A DNA stretch of 64,000 nt, from IMG/VR virus record IMGVR_UViG_3300032516_000001, positions 177,649 to 241,648 of that record, one strand, 5' to 3'. The notes beneath the pieces were generated by a model. It saw nothing but the letters and a program-made list of their open reading frames with translations, did no database searches and had not been told where the DNA came from. The position numbers were made by a program, and so were the translations under genes. Shown one piece after another: positions 31,001 to 41,653 of this stretch (the first letter of the stretch is position 1; every line of letters starts with the position of its first letter).

Positions 31001-33918
31001 GAACCCTGCGGGCCTGTTGCACCGGTTGCACCATCAGGCCCGGTTGCTCCTGTTACTCCTGGAGATCCCTGGGGACCAGTTGGTCCAGTGGCACCAGTAA
31101 CTCCATCAATACCCGTCGCGCCTTGCGGACCAGTAGCACCGGTTACTCCGTCGGGTCCAATAGCCCCTTGCGGACCGGTCGTTCCTGTTACTCCATCAGG
31201 TCCTGTGGCACCAGTAACTCCGGGTGATCCTTGGGGACCGGTAGCGCCAGTGACTCCAGGTGATCCTTGAGGGCCAGTAGCACCGGTTACTCCGTCGGGC
31301 CCCGTAGCACCTTGTGGACCAGTTGCTCCTGTAACACCATCAGGACCTGTGGCGCCGGTTACTCCCGGAGATCCTTGTGGACCGGTCGCGCCTGTTACTC
31401 CATCAGGCCCTGTTGCTCCCGTAACCCCAGGCGATCCCTGTGGACCAGTAGCACCAGTGACCCCATCGGGTCCAGTAGCACCGGTAATACCAGGTGATCC
31501 TTGATTCCCTTGTGGGCCAGTCGCTCCCGTAACTCCCGGTGAACCTTGTGGACCTGTAACACCAGTAACGCCTGGTGATCCTTGATCTCCTTGTTGCCCT
31601 GTAGGACCGACTGGTCCCGTAGAACCAGTGCCGACACCCGGTGGTCCTTGTGGCCCAGTTGCTCCGGTGACTCCTGGTGAACCCTGATCACCTTGGGGAC
31701 CTGTAGCGCCAACAATTCCTGGTGATCCTTGATCTCCTTGGGAACCCGTAGGACCGGTAGCACCCGTTACGCCAGTGATTCCTGGTGAACCTTGAAGTCC
31801 AGTAACTCCTGGCGAGCCTTGGTCACCCTGTGGTCCAGTAGGCCCGGTAGCCCCAGTGACTCCTTGTGGCCCAGTTGCTCCTGTTGGTCCAACAGGCCCT
31901 GTAGAACCAGTTCCAACTCCTTGCGGCCCTTGGGGACCTGTGGCACCAGTAACACCCGGTGGCCCTTGATCTCCTTGAAGACCAGTAACCCCGGGCAATC
32001 CCTGATCTCCCTGTGGACCAGTAGGTCCGGTAGATCCAGTAACTCCGGGTGATCCTTGTTCTCCCTGTGGACCTGTAGGGCCAGTTACTCCTGGCGATCC
32101 TTGCGGTCCGGTAACGCCAGGCGATCCTTGTATTCCTTGAGGACCAGTAACTCCTGGCGATCCCTGTGGACCAGTTGTTCCTTGCGGTCCAGTAGGTCCA
32201 GTTGGACCAGTAGCTCCTTGATGCCCTACGGGTCCAGGTAACCCAGTAGCTCCTCTAGGACCAGGAACGCCTTGTACACCCTGAGGACCGGTCGGTCCCG
32301 TCGAACCGATAGGTCCAGTTGGACCGGTAGCTCCTGTTATCCCAGGAGATCCTTGTGTTCCCTGAGGCCCTGTAGCTCCTTGCGGCCCTGTGGGACCTGT
32401 GGCTCCTGTAACTCCTTGGAGTCCTGTAAATCCAGGAGACCCTTGAGTTCCTTGTGGACCTGTCGAACCAGTTACACCAGGTGATCCTTGAACGCCTTGT
32501 AACCCAGTCGCACCAGTGACACCGGGTGATCCTTGAATTCCTTGTGGTCCAGTAATGCCCTGCAGTCCTATAGAACCAGTTGGACCAGTTGCGCCGGTAA
32601 CACCAGGTGATCCTTGAATTCCTTGTAATCCAGTAACGCCCTGGACGCCGGTAGACCCTTGAGGTCCAGTAACGCCTGTAATACCTTGTGGACCTGTTGG
32701 ACCGGTAGCTCCCTGAGGTCCTGTTGGACCGGTAGCTCCCTGAGGTCCTGTTGGACCTGTAACCCCTCGCGGGCCATTATCCCCCTGAGGACCAGTGGCT
32801 CCTTGTGGACCTGTGGGTCCGGTTGGACCAGTCGATCCAGTTACTCCCTGTGGACCTGTAACCCCCTGTGGACCTGTAACTCCTTGTGGTCCGATATCCC
32901 CTTGTGGACCTGTGGGGCCGGTCGGACCCTGAATACCGGCTGGACCGGTTACTCCTTGCGCTCCCGTGGCCCCGAGAGGGCCTTGAACACCAGTTGCCCC
33001 CTGAGGACCCGTTACCCCTGGAGAACCCTGTGGACCTGTCGTCCCAGGGCTTCCTTGGGGTCCTGTAACCCCAGTAGCTCCACGTAATCCGGTAGCTCCC
33101 TGAGGCCCAGTCGGGCCAGTATCTCCTTGATGTCCTATGGGTCCTGGTAATCCAGTAGCTCCCCTTGGTCCAGGAATGCCCTGCACTCCTTGGGGACCTG
33201 TTGGGCCTGTGGCCCCTGTTGGACCAGTGGCTCCTGTGGGACCAGGAAGTCCAGTGGCCCCTCTAGGCCCAGTTATGCCTGGACCGGTTACTCCTTGGGG
33301 ACCAGTTGGACCAGTGGCTCCTGTTACCCCAGGAGATCCTTGGATACCTTGAATGCCTGCGGGCCCGATAGCTCCTGTTGGACCAGTGACACCAGTGATT
33401 CCATGTGCCCCGGTCGGCCCGATAGACCCTGTTGAACCAACGGGACCAATTGGACCAGTGGCGCCTGTGATACCAGGTGATCCTTGTGCACCGGTAGCTC
33501 CGGTAACCCCTGGAGATCCTATTATGCCTTGGGGACCAGTAGCTCCCTGTGGTCCTATAGCTCCCGTAGTTCCAATAGGACCGGTTGGACCTGTAACCCC
33601 TTGTATGCCTGTTAGACCAACTGGTCCTGTAGGACCAATTGGCCCAGTAACACCAGGGCTACCTTGGATACCCTGCGGGCCAATTGGCCCGATAGATCCA
33701 GTAGCTCCTGCCGGTCCCGTTAATCCAACCGGACCTGTTAAACCAGGACTTCCCTGAATACCCTGTGGACCTGTAGCCCCGGCAGTGCCTGCAGAACCAG
33801 TGGGCCCAATCGGACCAGTGACCCCCTGCGGACCAGTTGGACCTGTCGGCCCTGGCGGTCCAGTTGCTCCTGTCGCGGATCTCAGTCCGCGTGGGTTTCC
33901 ACAATTCTGCTGGGACAT
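22036..33918 (-). CDS. Giant collagen-like protein (3960 aa)
   Basis: Two Gly-X-Y tracts, an internal globular domain of about 250 aa and a C-terminal domain of about 120 aa. Confidence 0.95.
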   Translation of the reverse strand: MSQQNCGNPRGLRSATGATGPPGPTGPTGPQGVTGPIGPTGSAGTAGATGPQGIQGSPGLTGPVGLTGPAGATGSIGPIGPQGIQGSPGVTGPIGPTGPVGLTGIQGVTGPTGPIGTTGAIGPQGATGPQGIIGSPGVTGATGAQGSPGITGATGPIGPVGSTGSIGPTGAHGITGVTGPTGAIGPAGIQGIQGSPGVTGATGPTGPQGVTGPGITGPRGATGLPGPTGATGPTGATGPTGPQGVQGIPGPRGATGLPGPIGHQGDTGPTGPQGATGLRGATGVTGPQGSPGTTGPQGSPGVTGPQGATGVQGPLGATGAQGVTGPAGIQGPTGPTGPQGDIGPQGVTGPQGVTGPQGVTGSTGPTGPTGPQGATGPQGDNGPRGVTGPTGPQGATGPTGPQGATGPTGPQGITGVTGPQGSTGVQGVTGLQGIQGSPGVTGATGPTGSIGLQGITGPQGIQGSPGVTGATGLQGVQGSPGVTGSTGPQGTQGSPGFTGLQGVTGATGPTGPQGATGPQGTQGSPGITGATGPTGPIGSTGPTGPQGVQGVPGPRGATGLPGPVGHQGATGPTGPTGPQGTTGPQGSPGVTGPQGIQGSPGVTGPQGSPGVTGPTGPQGEQGSPGVTGSTGPTGPQGDQGLPGVTGLQGDQGPPGVTGATGPQGPQGVGTGSTGPVGPTGATGPQGVTGATGPTGPQGDQGSPGVTGLQGSPGITGVTGATGPTGSQGDQGSPGIVGATGPQGDQGSPGVTGATGPQGPPGVGTGSTGPVGPTGQQGDQGSPGVTGVTGPQGSPGVTGATGPQGNQGSPGITGATGPDGVTGATGPQGSPGVTGATGPDGVTGATGPQGSPGVTGATGPDGVTGATGPQGATGPDGVTGATGPQGSPGVTGATGPQGSPGVTGATGPDGVTGTTGPQGAIGPDGVTGATGPQGATGIDGVTGATGPTGPQGSPGVTGATGPDGATGATGPQGSPGVTGTTGPQGVTGIDGVTGATGPQGSPGVTGATGHDGVTGATGPTGPQGSPGVTGATGPDGLTGATGPQGSPGVTGATGPDGVTGATGPTGPQGATGIDGVTGATGPRGATGIDGVTGATGPIGPQGATGIDGVTGATGPQGSPGVTGATGPDGATGATGPDGATGATGPQGSPGVTGATGPDGATGATGPQGATGVDGVTGATGPTGPQGSPGVTGATGPDGVIGATGPRGATGSDGVTGATGPQGATGIDGVTGATGPQGSPGVTGATGPDGATGATGPDGVTGATGPDGTTGATGPQGSPGVTGATGPDGTTGATGPRGATGVDGVTGATGPRGATGIDGVTGATGPDGVTGATGPQGSPGVTGATGPDGATGATGPQGSPGVTGATGPDGVTGTTGPQGATGIDGVTGATGPDGATGATGSQGSPGVTGATGPDGVTGATGPDGATGATGPQGSPGVTGATGPDGVTGATGPQGATGIDGITGATGPQGSPGVTGVTGATGPQGSPGVTGATGPDGATGATGPQGATGVNGVTGATGPQGSPGVTGFTGPDGVTGATGPQGSPGVTGATGPQGDQGSPGVTGITGPQGSPGVTGATGPDGVTGATGPDGATGATGPQGSPGVTGATGSQGATGVTGATGPDGVTGATGPTGPQGATGVDGVTGATGSQGSPGVTGVTGPDGVTGATGPQGSPGVTGATGPQGATGLNGVTGATGPQGSPGVTGATGPDGVTGATGPQGSPGVTGTTGPQGSPGITGVTGATGPQGATGIDGVTGVTGPTGPQGATGVDGVTGATGPDGVTGATGPQGATGIDGVTGVTGATGSQGSPGVTGATGPDGATGATGSQGSPGVTGATGPQGATGIDGVTGATGSQGATGIDGATGATGPRGATGVDGVTGATGPQGSPGVTGSTGAQGSPGVTGATGPDGATGATGPTGPQGATGVDGVTGATGPQGSPGVTGTTGPQGSPGVTGATGPQGSPGVTGPDGVTGATGPQGVTGATGPQGSPGVTGATGPQGSPGVTGVTGPDGVTGATGPTGPQGATGLDGVTGATGSNGATGSTGPQGSPGVTGATGPDGVTGATGPQGSPGVTGATGPNGVTGATGLQGVTGATGPQGSPGVTGATGPQGSPGVTGVTGPDGATGPQGSPGVTGATGPQGATGLDGVTGATGPQGATGATGPDGVTGATGPTGPQGSPGVTGATGPTGPQGATGPQGSPGVTGATGPDGATGATGPQGATGVDGVTGATGPNGVTGTTGPQGSPGVTGVTGATGPQGSPGVTGPDGVTGATGPQGATGVDGVTGATGPQGATGVDGVTGATGPQGSPGITGATGPQGATGVDGVTGATGPQGATGPTGPQGPPGITGATGPQGATGSDGVTGATGSDGVTGATGPQGSTGVTGPQGSPGVTGVTGPQGSPGVTGATGATGPQGEQGSPGITGVTGATGPTGPQGDQGSPGVTGVTGATGPQGDQGSPGITGVTGATGPQGDQGSPGVTGVTGSQGDQGSPGITGVTGATGPQGATGVDGVTGATGATGPQGATGATGPQGDQGSPGVTGFTGPQGSPGITGATGPTGPQGATGATGPDGVTGATGPQGATGIDGVTGATGPQGSPGVTGATGPQGSPGITGATGPNGATGPQGSPGVTGATGPDGATGATGPQGSPGATGATGPQGATGSDGVTGATGPDGVTGATGPQGSPGVTGATGSQGSPGVTGATGPDGATGLQGSPGVTGPDGVTGATGPQGSPGVTGATGPQGSPGITGVTGATGPQGSPGVTGATGPDGVTGATGPQGSPGATGATGPQGSPGATGVTGPDGVTGATGPQGSPGVTGATGPTGPQGSPGVTGATGPQGSPGVTGATGPDGVTGATGPQGSPGVTGATGPDGVTGATGPQGSPGVTGATGPDGVTGATGPQGSPGVTGATGPDGATGATGPTGPQGSPGVTGATGSQGSPGVTGATGPDGVTGATGPQGSPGVTGVTGATGPQGSPGVTGVTGPDGVTGATGPQGSPGITGATGPDGVTGATGPTGPQGSPGVTGATGPQGSPGITGATGPTGPQGSPGVTGATGPDGTTGATGPTGPQGSPGVTGVTGATGPQGSPGVTGATGPGITGVTGPTGPQGSPGVTGVTGATGPQGATGVTGATGPQGATGATGPTGAQGPVGVNAGLILWYDNITSDIITPTITSTGISFANTNPDTIHRDSGSFTADNYLVGQKVKVVGSTSGLNDGTYPITAVTASDLTLATFVALTEQGAGPSITLSINNEKLTRVPVSGTPVDETVIVESNDTAGVALDTYATLALVPGSSIPAGTWEFHSWFSVSGGTCTYKYQVVKSVAGVETVLFTTAATSDITSMSPVYNNLEHTIISDIPLGTTDRILVRVLAFNASPSARVAHWHYQGTANASHILTTLAVSAPQGSPGVTGFTGPTGPRGATGVTGVTGPTGPQGSPGVTGATGPTGPQGSPGVTGATGPDGATGATGPTGPQGVTGATGPIGPDGVTGVTGPQGSPGVTGATGPQGATGATGPTGPQGSPGVTGATGPDGVTGATGPTGPQGSPGVTGATGPTGPQGSPGITGTTGPTGPQGSPGVTGATGPDGATGATGPTGPQGVTGATGPQGDQGSPGITGVTGATGPQGSPGITGVTGATGPQGSPGVTGATGPTGPQGSPGVTGATGPQGDQGSPGVTGVTGPTGPQGSPGVTGVTGATGPQGDQGSPGVTGVTGATGPQGDQGSPGITGVTGATGPQGSPGVTGVTGATGPQGGQGSPGITGVTGVTGPQGNQGSPGITGITGITGATGPQGSPGVTGATGPQGDQGSPGVTGATGPQGNQGSPGITGATGPQGSPGVTGATGPQGAVGDSVCMFVAGTTIVNGSTGYQIIGVNTFDASLYSGSTFTFRCILRTANAGITSTLRLYNQTDSVVVNTDPLAASVSLQPEVSTVVLAAGSDLPNANKTYEVQLKQGASSTDACVCDNAEIVVT
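22399..23730 (-). repeat. Collagen tract 2 (148 Gly-X-Y triplets)
   Basis: 1332 nt of [15 protein letters not shown] triplets. Confidence 0.9.
24484..33870 (-). repeat. Collagen tract 1 (about 1,040 Gly-X-Y triplets)
   Basis: 9387 nt. I found only four short register breaks (GP twice, GVGT twice). Confidence 0.9.
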
Positions 33919-33919
33919 A

Positions 33920-35116
33920 TTAACTTGCAGCAGTTAGAGTAATTCCCACAGAACCTGGAGCCCCGGGCTGCCCTTTTTCAGCTACTATGAGCCTGGCTGT
34001 TAAAGCTCCTCCTGGCACACAGATGTGAATAATTGAATTCACTGGTGCATTTGAATCTGGAATTGGTCCAGCTAAATCTTGCAAATACATGTTTTGAGTG
34101 GCGGTTGGATCCGATACCGTATAGTTAAAATCTATCATAGTTTCTTGTGATTCTTCCACGCCATTGCCCCAAAGAAGCTTGAATTCCGGATAACCATCTG
34201 CTATCCCTCTTACATATGTTATGTAAAAAGTTAGTTGTCTGATTCGTTCTGGAATTACATAGAATGGTTGGTTGGTCCAACCTCCACCAGCTGGAAGCAC
34301 TTGAGTTGCTAAGTGAACAACTCTCGGAATTTCATATGGACAACACTGATTCATGGGCGGTACTGGCGGGATTGGAACATAAATGACGGTGCATGGAATA
34401 CTGCACGTTGAAGAAGAACATGATGTACAACATGCCAACGCATTCGAGACCGTGGCCGACCTACATACCAATCCAGAGGTATTAATAACCGAAAAAGGCA
34501 TGGATTTAGCCTCAATCGGTGAATCAGCTTGTTCCATGTATTCCCAAGTAATGATATAATCGCCACCAATCATATTAACCGATAAATAAGCATAATATTC
34601 ACCAACACCGACTCTAACAGCAGCAGTTTTTGCTGTTACAGCAGTCCCCAAAGCATCATATATGGTCCAAAAGACACTAAATGGATCTATTGGCAACCCG
34701 TCATCATTTTTAACATAGAGTGGTAAATCACCTGGTCCCAGAAGAGCTCCACGTAAATACGAAAACTCTCCGGCTAATGGTATTCCATCGGCCGTTATCG
34801 GACCGCAAGAGCTATAACTCGATGGATTTACTACGAAGAATTGTTCAGTATCAACTGAAATTTGGTCGCCAGATTCGTCCTGCCACTGCCATTGAATGAA
34901 ATAATTTCCTGTTTTATCAGTCACACTCCATGGAGCATAATATTCACCCGTATTAGCTTTGATGGCGCACAAATTTTTTCCGGATATTTGTGCGCCATCC
35001 GAAGCATAAACTGTCCATCTAACATCAAAAGCGTCCTGAGGGTAACCGTTTGGATTAGTTAAGTATAATCGCAGGTCCCCTTCAGATAGCTTTGTCTGGG
35101 CTGAAAAAGCTGGCAT
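33920..35116 (-). CDS. Putative virion protein: two Ig-like repeats, Cys-rich linker and C-terminal domain
   Basis: GDLxLY..N..G.P.D.F.V.WT.Y...GEYYA occurs twice. Linker [14 protein letters not shown]...CC. Confidence 0.55.
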   Translation of the reverse strand: MPAFSAQTKLSEGDLRLYLTNPNGYPQDAFDVRWTVYASDGAQISGKNLCAIKANTGEYYAPWSVTDKTGNYFIQWQWQDESGDQISVDTEQFFVVNPSSYSSCGPITADGIPLAGEFSYLRGALLGPGDLPLYVKNDDGLPIDPFSVFWTIYDALGTAVTAKTAAVRVGVGEYYAYLSVNMIGGDYIITWEYMEQADSPIEAKSMPFSVINTSGLVCRSATVSNALACCTSCSSSTCSIPCTVIYVPIPPVPPMNQCCPYEIPRVVHLATQVLPAGGGWTNQPFYVIPERIRQLTFYITYVRGIADGYPEFKLLWGNGVEESQETMIDFNYTVSDPTATQNMYLQDLAGPIPDSNAPVNSIIHICVPGGALTARLIVAEKGQPGAPGSVGITLTAAS

Positions 35117-35120
35117 TTAT

Positions 35121-35504
35121 TCATCTCACAAATGTCGCGTTTAATCCACTAGACCCTGTAGACTTAAATGACCCAGACGGAACAATGTCATAGTCCTTGA
35201 TTAATTCTATGCTATATGATGCATGTTTCGTTATAATGCGCCAAAATCCGACCATATGAGGAAAAAATCTCAAGCTATAGAATCCATTGGCGATTTCGTT
35301 AAAATATATACTACCGGATGAAATTGAAGAATCAACGATGCCGGTCCCGTCAATCAGGGGCCAATTTAAAACGCCGTTATTAACGAATACTGTGCATGTT
35401 AAATTTGCCGGTACAATGCCTACCGATCTTATAATTGAATTTATCGGATAATAAAAATCAAGCTGCTCATATATGACTGAACCAGCAGTTACAATGCGAC
35501 TCAT
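35121..35504 (-). CDS. Hypothetical protein
   Basis: 127-aa ORF in the operon leading to the collagen gene. Confidence 0.6.
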   Translation of the reverse strand: MSRIVTAGSVIYEQLDFYYPINSIIRSVGIVPANLTCTVFVNNGVLNWPLIDGTGIVDSSISSGSIYFNEIANGFYSLRFFPHMVGFWRIITKHASYSIELIKDYDIVPSGSFKSTGSSGLNATFVR

Positions 35505-35572
35505 ACTTAATGAATCGAATTAGCATCTTATGATATTTAAAATATTAGTATACCGAGTGACCAATCTCCCAA

Positions 35573-35827
35573 TTACGAGACATCAAAACACATTTCCTTA
35601 AAGTTCTTGATTTCTGTTGCAAATGCATTAGCAACAACCATTCCCCGTCCAGAATAATAAGCCTCCCGCATATCGGAAATTGACCCACCAGGATTTATAA
35701 ATATGAAATATACTCTCTGTCCCTGTCTACGAGTCCGAAGTAGTTGACAGCCTGAGATCTTTAAATAAGCCGCCAAATATATATCATGAAATTCGCACTC
35801 ATCAGTTTCCTGTTTAATGTCTGTCAT
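35573..35827 (-). CDS. Small DUF5659-like protein
   Basis: DIYLAAYL...RVYFIF pattern. Confidence 0.55.
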   Translation of the reverse strand: MTDIKQETDECEFHDIYLAAYLKISGCQLLRTRRQGQRVYFIFINPGGSISDMREAYYSGRGMVVANAFATEIKNFKEMCFDVS

Positions 35828-35878
35828 ATAATCTACCTATGATCATACTTTACTGGAAATAAAGACTATAAAAACAAA

Positions 35879-36706
35879 TCATGCGTTTGCTGATTGAACA
35901 CGATGCTTCCTCATCCAATTTTTTCTCCATTCTCTCTTGCATATCAAGCATTCACGTGATCCTTTACTATTGATTACAGTATTTTCAACCGAGTACTCAT
36001 GACCTTTGGGACAATGAGTCTTGTTTTTATTCAATATAGAACCATGAGCGAGTCCACTCTGACATCTATTGCGAAATTCCGGATCTTTCCACAATTCAGC
36101 ATTTCTAGTTCGATACTCAGAGTCCCACATAAGCTTGGATGACGAAGAACGTTTTGCTTTAGATTCGGGTGTTGACTTTGTTACTTTTGAAGCTTCGATT
36201 ATGCGAGCCTTAATTGCTGGATCAGTAACATTATTTCGCAATATAGGAATCACTTTCTCACGAAATTCAGGATTCTGCCATAATTTCTTTGATTTCGCAG
36301 ATCTTTGTGCTGGAGTCAAAGAAGCATTTACTTTAGTCATGACCCGTAACATTTTTTCACGAAATTCGGGACGATCCCAAGGATTGTTATACGGATGCGG
36401 TGCATGGTCCCCACCTTTTGCTAAGTTAAACCCCTTATCCGGATCTCTTGTATTGAAATGATTGATCCATTTTTCCTCAGCAGCATTGGCTGCTTCTAAC
36501 GTATCGCAAATTTCTAGAATTCCATGAGTGAATGCATCTTTTCCATATTTACGGATAGCATTCCAAAAATGGGCACAACCTCTGCCCCGCTTGTGTTTTG
36601 CATTCGCTATATGCTGATTCCAACGCTTCATCATCGTTAATTTGGTTAACCCGATGTAACGACGGCCGGAATGTATATGCGAATAAATCGTCCAGTGAAG
36701 TCCCAT
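35879..36706 (-). CDS. GIY-YIG family homing endonuclease (copy 1)
   Basis: WTIY...RRYIG, RWxxH, AIRKYG, E..WI and GFNLAKGG. C-terminal KTHCPKGHEY..CxxC. Confidence 0.8.
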   Translation of the reverse strand: MGLHWTIYSHIHSGRRYIGLTKLTMMKRWNQHIANAKHKRGRGCAHFWNAIRKYGKDAFTHGILEICDTLEAANAAEEKWINHFNTRDPDKGFNLAKGGDHAPHPYNNPWDRPEFREKMLRVMTKVNASLTPAQRSAKSKKLWQNPEFREKVIPILRNNVTDPAIKARIIEASKVTKSTPESKAKRSSSSKLMWDSEYRTRNAELWKDPEFRNRCQSGLAHGSILNKNKTHCPKGHEYSVENTVINSKGSRECLICKREWRKNWMRKHRVQSANA

Positions 36707-36751
36707 AAGGAACTTTACCAGACGATCTATTCAACCGATATTCGTAAGCCG

Positions 36752-37585
36752 CTAAATTGTGAAGACCGAAACCCCGTCGTCTTCAACGATGTACGCCGCA
36801 ATCCCGGCCGGCAATCCAATCCTTGCTCCTCCAGGCTGGAAAGTGACGCTACGTAATTTGCTCAAATTTCCCCAAACGTATGACAGCAGAACCGGCCCGG
36901 TCTCTACTAACCTTGGAGCTATTACATCAGCAATCCCATTTGCATTATCACCATCACGCAACAGGGCCTGTTGTGCAGCAGTGAGTAGTGTAAATGTGGA
37001 CATACCGTTTATTGCAGCTACAGAAACGTTAATTGTGGTTGGGGTTGGACGGACGATTGCTGCTACTGCAGCAACAGTCAGCCCAACTACTGTGTCTCCC
37101 AATACGTTGTATCCAAGAATTGCATTCAATGTAGAACCATTTGCTCCAGTATCGAGTTGAATTCTTGCTGCTGGTCCTGAATTGGTCGGAGCCACAGTAT
37201 TGATTTGAACATGATTGGCTCCGTCATTTACAGCTATGAACGGCAACCCATTTACATAGAATCCGGAATTAAGATTGGCTATAACGGTCGCTATGGGAAC
37301 AGCAGCGCCAGAAGTTACGGTAATGCTAGTAAAAGTGGCGGCAGCTGTCTGTTTGATCTTGAGAACGTTGGCGGGGGCCGTAGTAGCAAAGGTTGCGGCT
37401 CCGACAGATCCTCTCAGAGAAAGAATCCCCCATCTATTCAATGGTACTAGCAAATCTGCCACTGTAGCATAACGAAAATATCTACTCTGTCCTCTCGGCT
37501 CGCTTGAGAAACAACGTTGTGACGTGTTTTCTACGTCATTGAGATAAAATCTCTGAATGTCTGTTCGAACAAATCCGATACGCAT
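36752..37585 (-). CDS. Putative virion structural protein (paralog A)
   Basis: Start moved to 37585 (MRIGFVRTD, AGGAG upstream). Ala/Thr/Gly-rich and paralogous to 37637..38446. Confidence 0.55.
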   Translation of the reverse strand: MRIGFVRTDIQRFYLNDVENTSQRCFSSEPRGQSRYFRYATVADLLVPLNRWGILSLRGSVGAATFATTAPANVLKIKQTAAATFTSITVTSGAAVPIATVIANLNSGFYVNGLPFIAVNDGANHVQINTVAPTNSGPAARIQLDTGANGSTLNAILGYNVLGDTVVGLTVAAVAAIVRPTPTTINVSVAAINGMSTFTLLTAAQQALLRDGDNANGIADVIAPRLVETGPVLLSYVWGNLSKLRSVTFQPGGARIGLPAGIAAYIVEDDGVSVFTI

Positions 37586-37636
37586 CTTTCTACTCCTGGC
37601 ATAGGGCCTTTGCCACGCCAACCACTGGCATTCTTA

Positions 37637-38446
37637 TCACGGAGGATAAGAATAAACAGTTACACCGTCTTCTTCAACGACAGCTGCGGCTATTCCAGCA
37701 ACTAATCCATCTGGCTTGAATGCAGCAACACGCATCTTGCTGATAACGCCTTTAGCGAAAGACATAACAGCTAGAGGTGTTTCAACAAATTGTGGGGCAA
37801 CCAGATCAGCAATAGCTAGAGTTAAAGCGGCTTTCTGCGCAGTCGTTAAACTAGCAAATGTTGATAGTCCAATAATCTGGGCAGATGAAACATTGATCGT
37901 AACGGCGGTTGGATAAACCGCTGTTTTAAGAGCTGTCAACGTTAATCCGCTTAACGCTACCCCATCAGCAAGACCAAGTGGAGTATTCAATAAAGAACCG
38001 TGAGCAAAAGTATCAGTCGAAAGGATAGCGGATGGTCCGCTATTTGGGGCTACGGTATTAATCTGAATTCTGTTGATGCCACCATAAATAGACGCAATAT
38101 ATGGTAAATTGTTAGTTGCAAACCCTGCGTTTAAATCATCACGAATAACGGTCTTGAGTGTCGGATTGACAGCGGTTACTGCTATGCTGACAAAAGCACC
38201 AGAAGTCGGATTCTTAATTAGGAGATGATGATTTACCGACGTGTCAACCGAAGCATTATTATCTGTTCCAACGAGAGACAATATGGCATGAGTATTTAAT
38301 GCCGATAACAATTCAGCATCAGATGGACGTCTAACATTCCGACTCTGTCCCGGCGGCTCATGAGAAAAGCAGCGTTGAACTCTGCTCTCCACATCAGCAA
38401 TGTAAACGCCATTTCCCAGGTCGGTGCGTACTATTCCAACTCTCAT
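37637..38446 (-). CDS. Putative virion structural protein (paralog B)
   Basis: MRVGIVRTD...RCFSHEPPGQSR...VEEDGVTV. Confidence 0.55.
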   Translation of the reverse strand: MRVGIVRTDLGNGVYIADVESRVQRCFSHEPPGQSRNVRRPSDAELLSALNTHAILSLVGTDNNASVDTSVNHHLLIKNPTSGAFVSIAVTAVNPTLKTVIRDDLNAGFATNNLPYIASIYGGINRIQINTVAPNSGPSAILSTDTFAHGSLLNTPLGLADGVALSGLTLTALKTAVYPTAVTINVSSAQIIGLSTFASLTTAQKAALTLAIADLVAPQFVETPLAVMSFAKGVISKMRVAAFKPDGLVAGIAAAVVEEDGVTVYSYPP

Positions 38447-38467
38447 GTTGATGGTTTCCTTGAGGTC

Positions 38468-39040
38468 CTATAGTGAGAAAACGTTTGACAACTTGGAATT
38501 AGATTGTACTCGAACTGTCCAACCGGCGCCATTAATCGGGGCTCCAATCGTTACCTTGAGATTGGTGAATTGAATTTGAGCTGCGATATGGACCGAGAAA
38601 TCAGCCTGAGGAATTCTCTGGGTGACACCCGCCGGATTCGTGATATCTACATATGTAATATCGGGAGTTAATGAAAGAAAAGTGGTACCAGCAATTATAG
38701 TAGGACCACCACCAGCATTACCCGCAGCAGTAACCGTAGGAGTAGCCACTAATAGCGAACTGAAGACGGCGACAGTTACTATTCCATCAGTCTCGAGCCC
38801 GCCTATTACTCCGTCAGGCTCCATGGCCAACAAGACCTCGTCGGTCTGGACCATGTCAATATACCCCTTACGCGTAGTATCAACGACACCCCAGAAGGGA
38901 ACATATATCTTCTGTTTAGCCCTCTGAGCATAAGGAGGACTATCAGAATTACCTTGACTCTTATCTATCTTATCTAAAAGAATAGATGCATCGCCAACGA
39001 TGGTCTGCTCATTGATGACTCTGGTCAACAGAATAGGCAT
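38468..39040 (-). CDS. Putative virion structural protein
   Basis: AGGAG ribosome-binding site and a beta-rich, IPT/TIG-like C-terminus. Confidence 0.5.
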   Translation of the reverse strand: MPILLTRVINEQTIVGDASILLDKIDKSQGNSDSPPYAQRAKQKIYVPFWGVVDTTRKGYIDMVQTDEVLLAMEPDGVIGGLETDGIVTVAVFSSLLVATPTVTAAGNAGGGPTIIAGTTFLSLTPDITYVDITNPAGVTQRIPQADFSVHIAAQIQFTNLKVTIGAPINGAGWTVRVQSNSKLSNVFSL

Positions 39041-39073
39041 GTGCTTCTCCTGATTTAGTACCCGATAAACAGT

Positions 39074-39754
39074 TTACAAACCCAACGGGTTATTCCGAAG
39101 GGTGAAAGTGGCATTCATCTCAGTACCACCACCACCATTCTCTCCTCTAACAAATATTTGAGTCACTGATGTTGTGCGTTGTTCCATAGTTTTAAATATG
39201 GTGGTTACCGGTTGAATACCGAACTCGGCCCCAAATCTATCATAAGCTACATACAAATTATTCCCCCCATCATTAGATATTTGGAAGTCATTGCATTGCA
39301 TAGGAAGCTGGATTTCGAGAGATGCAGTTATATCAGCTCCTGCAGGAACTGTTCCGTGTAATACAATAGCACGGAACGGAACTGGGTTATATGGCATAAT
39401 TAAATGCATAGCTTCTGCCGTACCCGGCGCACCAGAAGCTAATACCGGTGTCACTTGAATGAAGAATGGCACACTATCTGCTACCGCTGGAACAGCAATA
39501 GTGTACATATCAGGGTCAAATACAAATCTGCATACTCCCCTATGCTGACTACCAGGGACAGGGACATCCACAGACCTGTAGGTAGCAGTATCCAATACTT
39601 GCAATCCCCCATTGGGGACTGTTTCAAATAAAGCGAATGCGGTATCGAAATTAACAGCAGCCGCGAATTCAAACCCAACTACACCGTCCCGAAGTCGAAT
39701 ACTGAGATCAACTAAATTGAGCCTACGCCTAGTTACAGAAATCGATCTTGGCAT
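39074..39754 (-). CDS. Putative virion structural protein
   Basis: Beta-rich 226-aa ORF in the structural cluster. Confidence 0.5.
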   Translation of the reverse strand: MPRSISVTRRRLNLVDLSIRLRDGVVGFEFAAAVNFDTAFALFETVPNGGLQVLDTATYRSVDVPVPGSQHRGVCRFVFDPDMYTIAVPAVADSVPFFIQVTPVLASGAPGTAEAMHLIMPYNPVPFRAIVLHGTVPAGADITASLEIQLPMQCNDFQISNDGGNNLYVAYDRFGAEFGIQPVTTIFKTMEQRTTSVTQIFVRGENGGGGTEMNATFTLRNNPLGL

Positions 39755-39782
39755 CTCGTGATAGCCAAGGGATTAAAAGCCT

Positions 39783-40190
39783 CTATATGATTTTAGTAGC
39801 TCTTTCTTCGGCAATTTTAGAATCATAGGACGCCGCTTTCTCTGATCCGACATCCTTAGTGGCCATTTCTTTGGCTTCTGTCCAATCCGATGCTTCATTC
39901 CCTTTATAATTTGGAATGGCTTTAGTTTTAATATTTCCGTACCTATTCTTTTGTCTGCGGCTCGCATCATGACTAGCTTTTATACGCTGGGCCTGAATAC
40001 GACCACCTTTAGATGGCCATGATCCAGTTGGACCATCTATAAGAATAAACTCTATACCCTTAGGATTAAATTTATATATACATTTAGCCCCACATTTAAC
40101 ACATTTGGGCTCAAATTCTTTAAATTTATCTACTGAACAAACTTCTTCTTGTACAGCACCACATTTAGTACACGCGAAATCATACCTCAT
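39783..40190 (-). CDS. FmdB-like zinc-ribbon protein
   Basis: MRYDFACTKCG...CVKCG. Start moved to 40190. Confidence 0.7.
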   Translation of the reverse strand: MRYDFACTKCGAVQEEVCSVDKFKEFEPKCVKCGAKCIYKFNPKGIEFILIDGPTGSWPSKGGRIQAQRIKASHDASRRQKNRYGNIKTKAIPNYKGNEASDWTEAKEMATKDVGSEKAASYDSKIAEERATKII

Positions 40191-40198
40191 GTTATACG

Positions 40199-41563
40199 TT
40201 ACTTTTCTTCTTCCTCCTCCGGTTCTTCCCATTCTATATCTTCATCAGTAATTTCTTCAGGTTTGCCTTTAACTTTAACTTTAGGCTCAGGCTCAGATTC
40301 CCAGTCTATATCTTCATCGGTAATGCCCTGGGATTCAGCTTCTTTAGATTCGTCTAAATGCCCCTCCCAGTGCTTCTCTTCATCTTCAGACTCAGCAGAA
40401 TCTTTGTCCCAGTCTATATCTTCTTCGGTAATTTCTTCCCATTTAATCTCTGGGGTTTCCTCTTCTTCTTTCTCTTCTTCCTCGACCTTCTCCGCTTTTT
40501 CAGCCTCCGCTTCGATCCCCTCTATTTCTTCCGGATCTTCTATTTCTTCCCACTCGACATCGACATCATCGGCGTCTTCTGCCTGCTCTAACGGAATTTG
40601 AACGACGCCCTCGAGTTTATCCCAATTATCATCAACCTTCTTCAATACCTCTTCTTCATCTAAATCAGCATTCTCTGCAGCAATTTCCTTCGTAAAAGAA
40701 TCTAATCTGGTAGTAACAGCATATGCATGCTTACATAACCAGTATTTACGTTCAGGGTCTCTAATGTCTGGGGGAGATGCGGTCCCATGCGGTTCTCCTA
40801 ATAAATACCCGTTTTTCTTGGCATGATATTCAGGACCATTCCATTGCCAAAATGGGCAATCACAGGTTATGGCGACATGGTGCAAATCTGAAAGTGACGC
40901 TTTAACTATATGGGGAGCTTTCTTATTGCTATTAACTGAGAATGTGTAGACTCTATTTCTTTTATCAAATGAAACGAATTTAACATTACATATTTCAGCT
41001 TTCTCACGAATTTTGGCTGGGGTGTGAGTTTCTAATTCATCCGATTTTAAAGCCAAACGGACAATCATGACGTGCGGAATAACGGATGAATGTCGTACTG
41101 GCTTCTCCTCTGTTCTGTACGGATACTTCCAGTATTGAGTCATGTCGATATCGGTTGGGTATGATGTATCAGTCGGATTTTGAATATTTTCATCGAATAA
41201 ATATTCCTGATGATGAGTCATACTATCAGCACCATCAATATCAAAGATAGACCCTGGATCAGATGATGGAACCGTTGGCTCAACATCATCATAAGTGAAT
41301 GTTTTAGTCCCGAACCAGTCCGCCTCTTCAGTTTGTCCAGACGGAGTTTCATCTTCAGCAACTCTGGTTGAAGCAATTCTTGAAGCTATTTGACCAACAT
41401 TCGATTCCATTTCTACGGTTACTGGTATAACAAATAATGGACGTAGATGCGACGGTATCGCACTACAGAAACTCAAAACATCCGGATATATGTCTTGATC
41501 CTGCCAAGCATAATAAGCAGCATCCGATAAAATAAAGCCACGAATACCATCATCTTTAGACAT
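40199..41563 (-). CDS. SWIM zinc-finger protein with an acidic repetitive tail
   Basis: CDCP...CKH motif; [DE]-I-[DEK]-W repeats in the tail. Confidence 0.7.
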   Translation of the reverse strand: MSKDDGIRGFILSDAAYYAWQDQDIYPDVLSFCSAIPSHLRPLFVIPVTVEMESNVGQIASRIASTRVAEDETPSGQTEEADWFGTKTFTYDDVEPTVPSSDPGSIFDIDGADSMTHHQEYLFDENIQNPTDTSYPTDIDMTQYWKYPYRTEEKPVRHSSVIPHVMIVRLALKSDELETHTPAKIREKAEICNVKFVSFDKRNRVYTFSVNSNKKAPHIVKASLSDLHHVAITCDCPFWQWNGPEYHAKKNGYLLGEPHGTASPPDIRDPERKYWLCKHAYAVTTRLDSFTKEIAAENADLDEEEVLKKVDDNWDKLEGVVQIPLEQAEDADDVDVEWEEIEDPEEIEGIEAEAEKAEKVEEEEKEEEETPEIKWEEITEEDIDWDKDSAESEDEEKHWEGHLDESKEAESQGITDEDIDWESEPEPKVKVKGKPEEITDEDIEWEEPEEEEEK

Positions 41564-41653
41564 CGATCACCTGCTCAGCCAATTTTGATTTAGCATAGTC
41601 AATTACATTAAAATCTAAGTAGACTAGTAACATCACCACGAGGGACAAATTGA

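Noticed and set aside
22399-33870. Possible CRISPR array or DNA tandem repeat
   Set aside because: The repetition is at protein level with synonymous variation. There is no constant repeat with unique spacers.
22948-33904. Dozens of plus-strand and alternate-frame ORFs (PVAPVTP..., RTSS...) over the collagen gene
   Set aside because: They are shadows of the Gly-X-Y codon periodicity and have no independent start signals.
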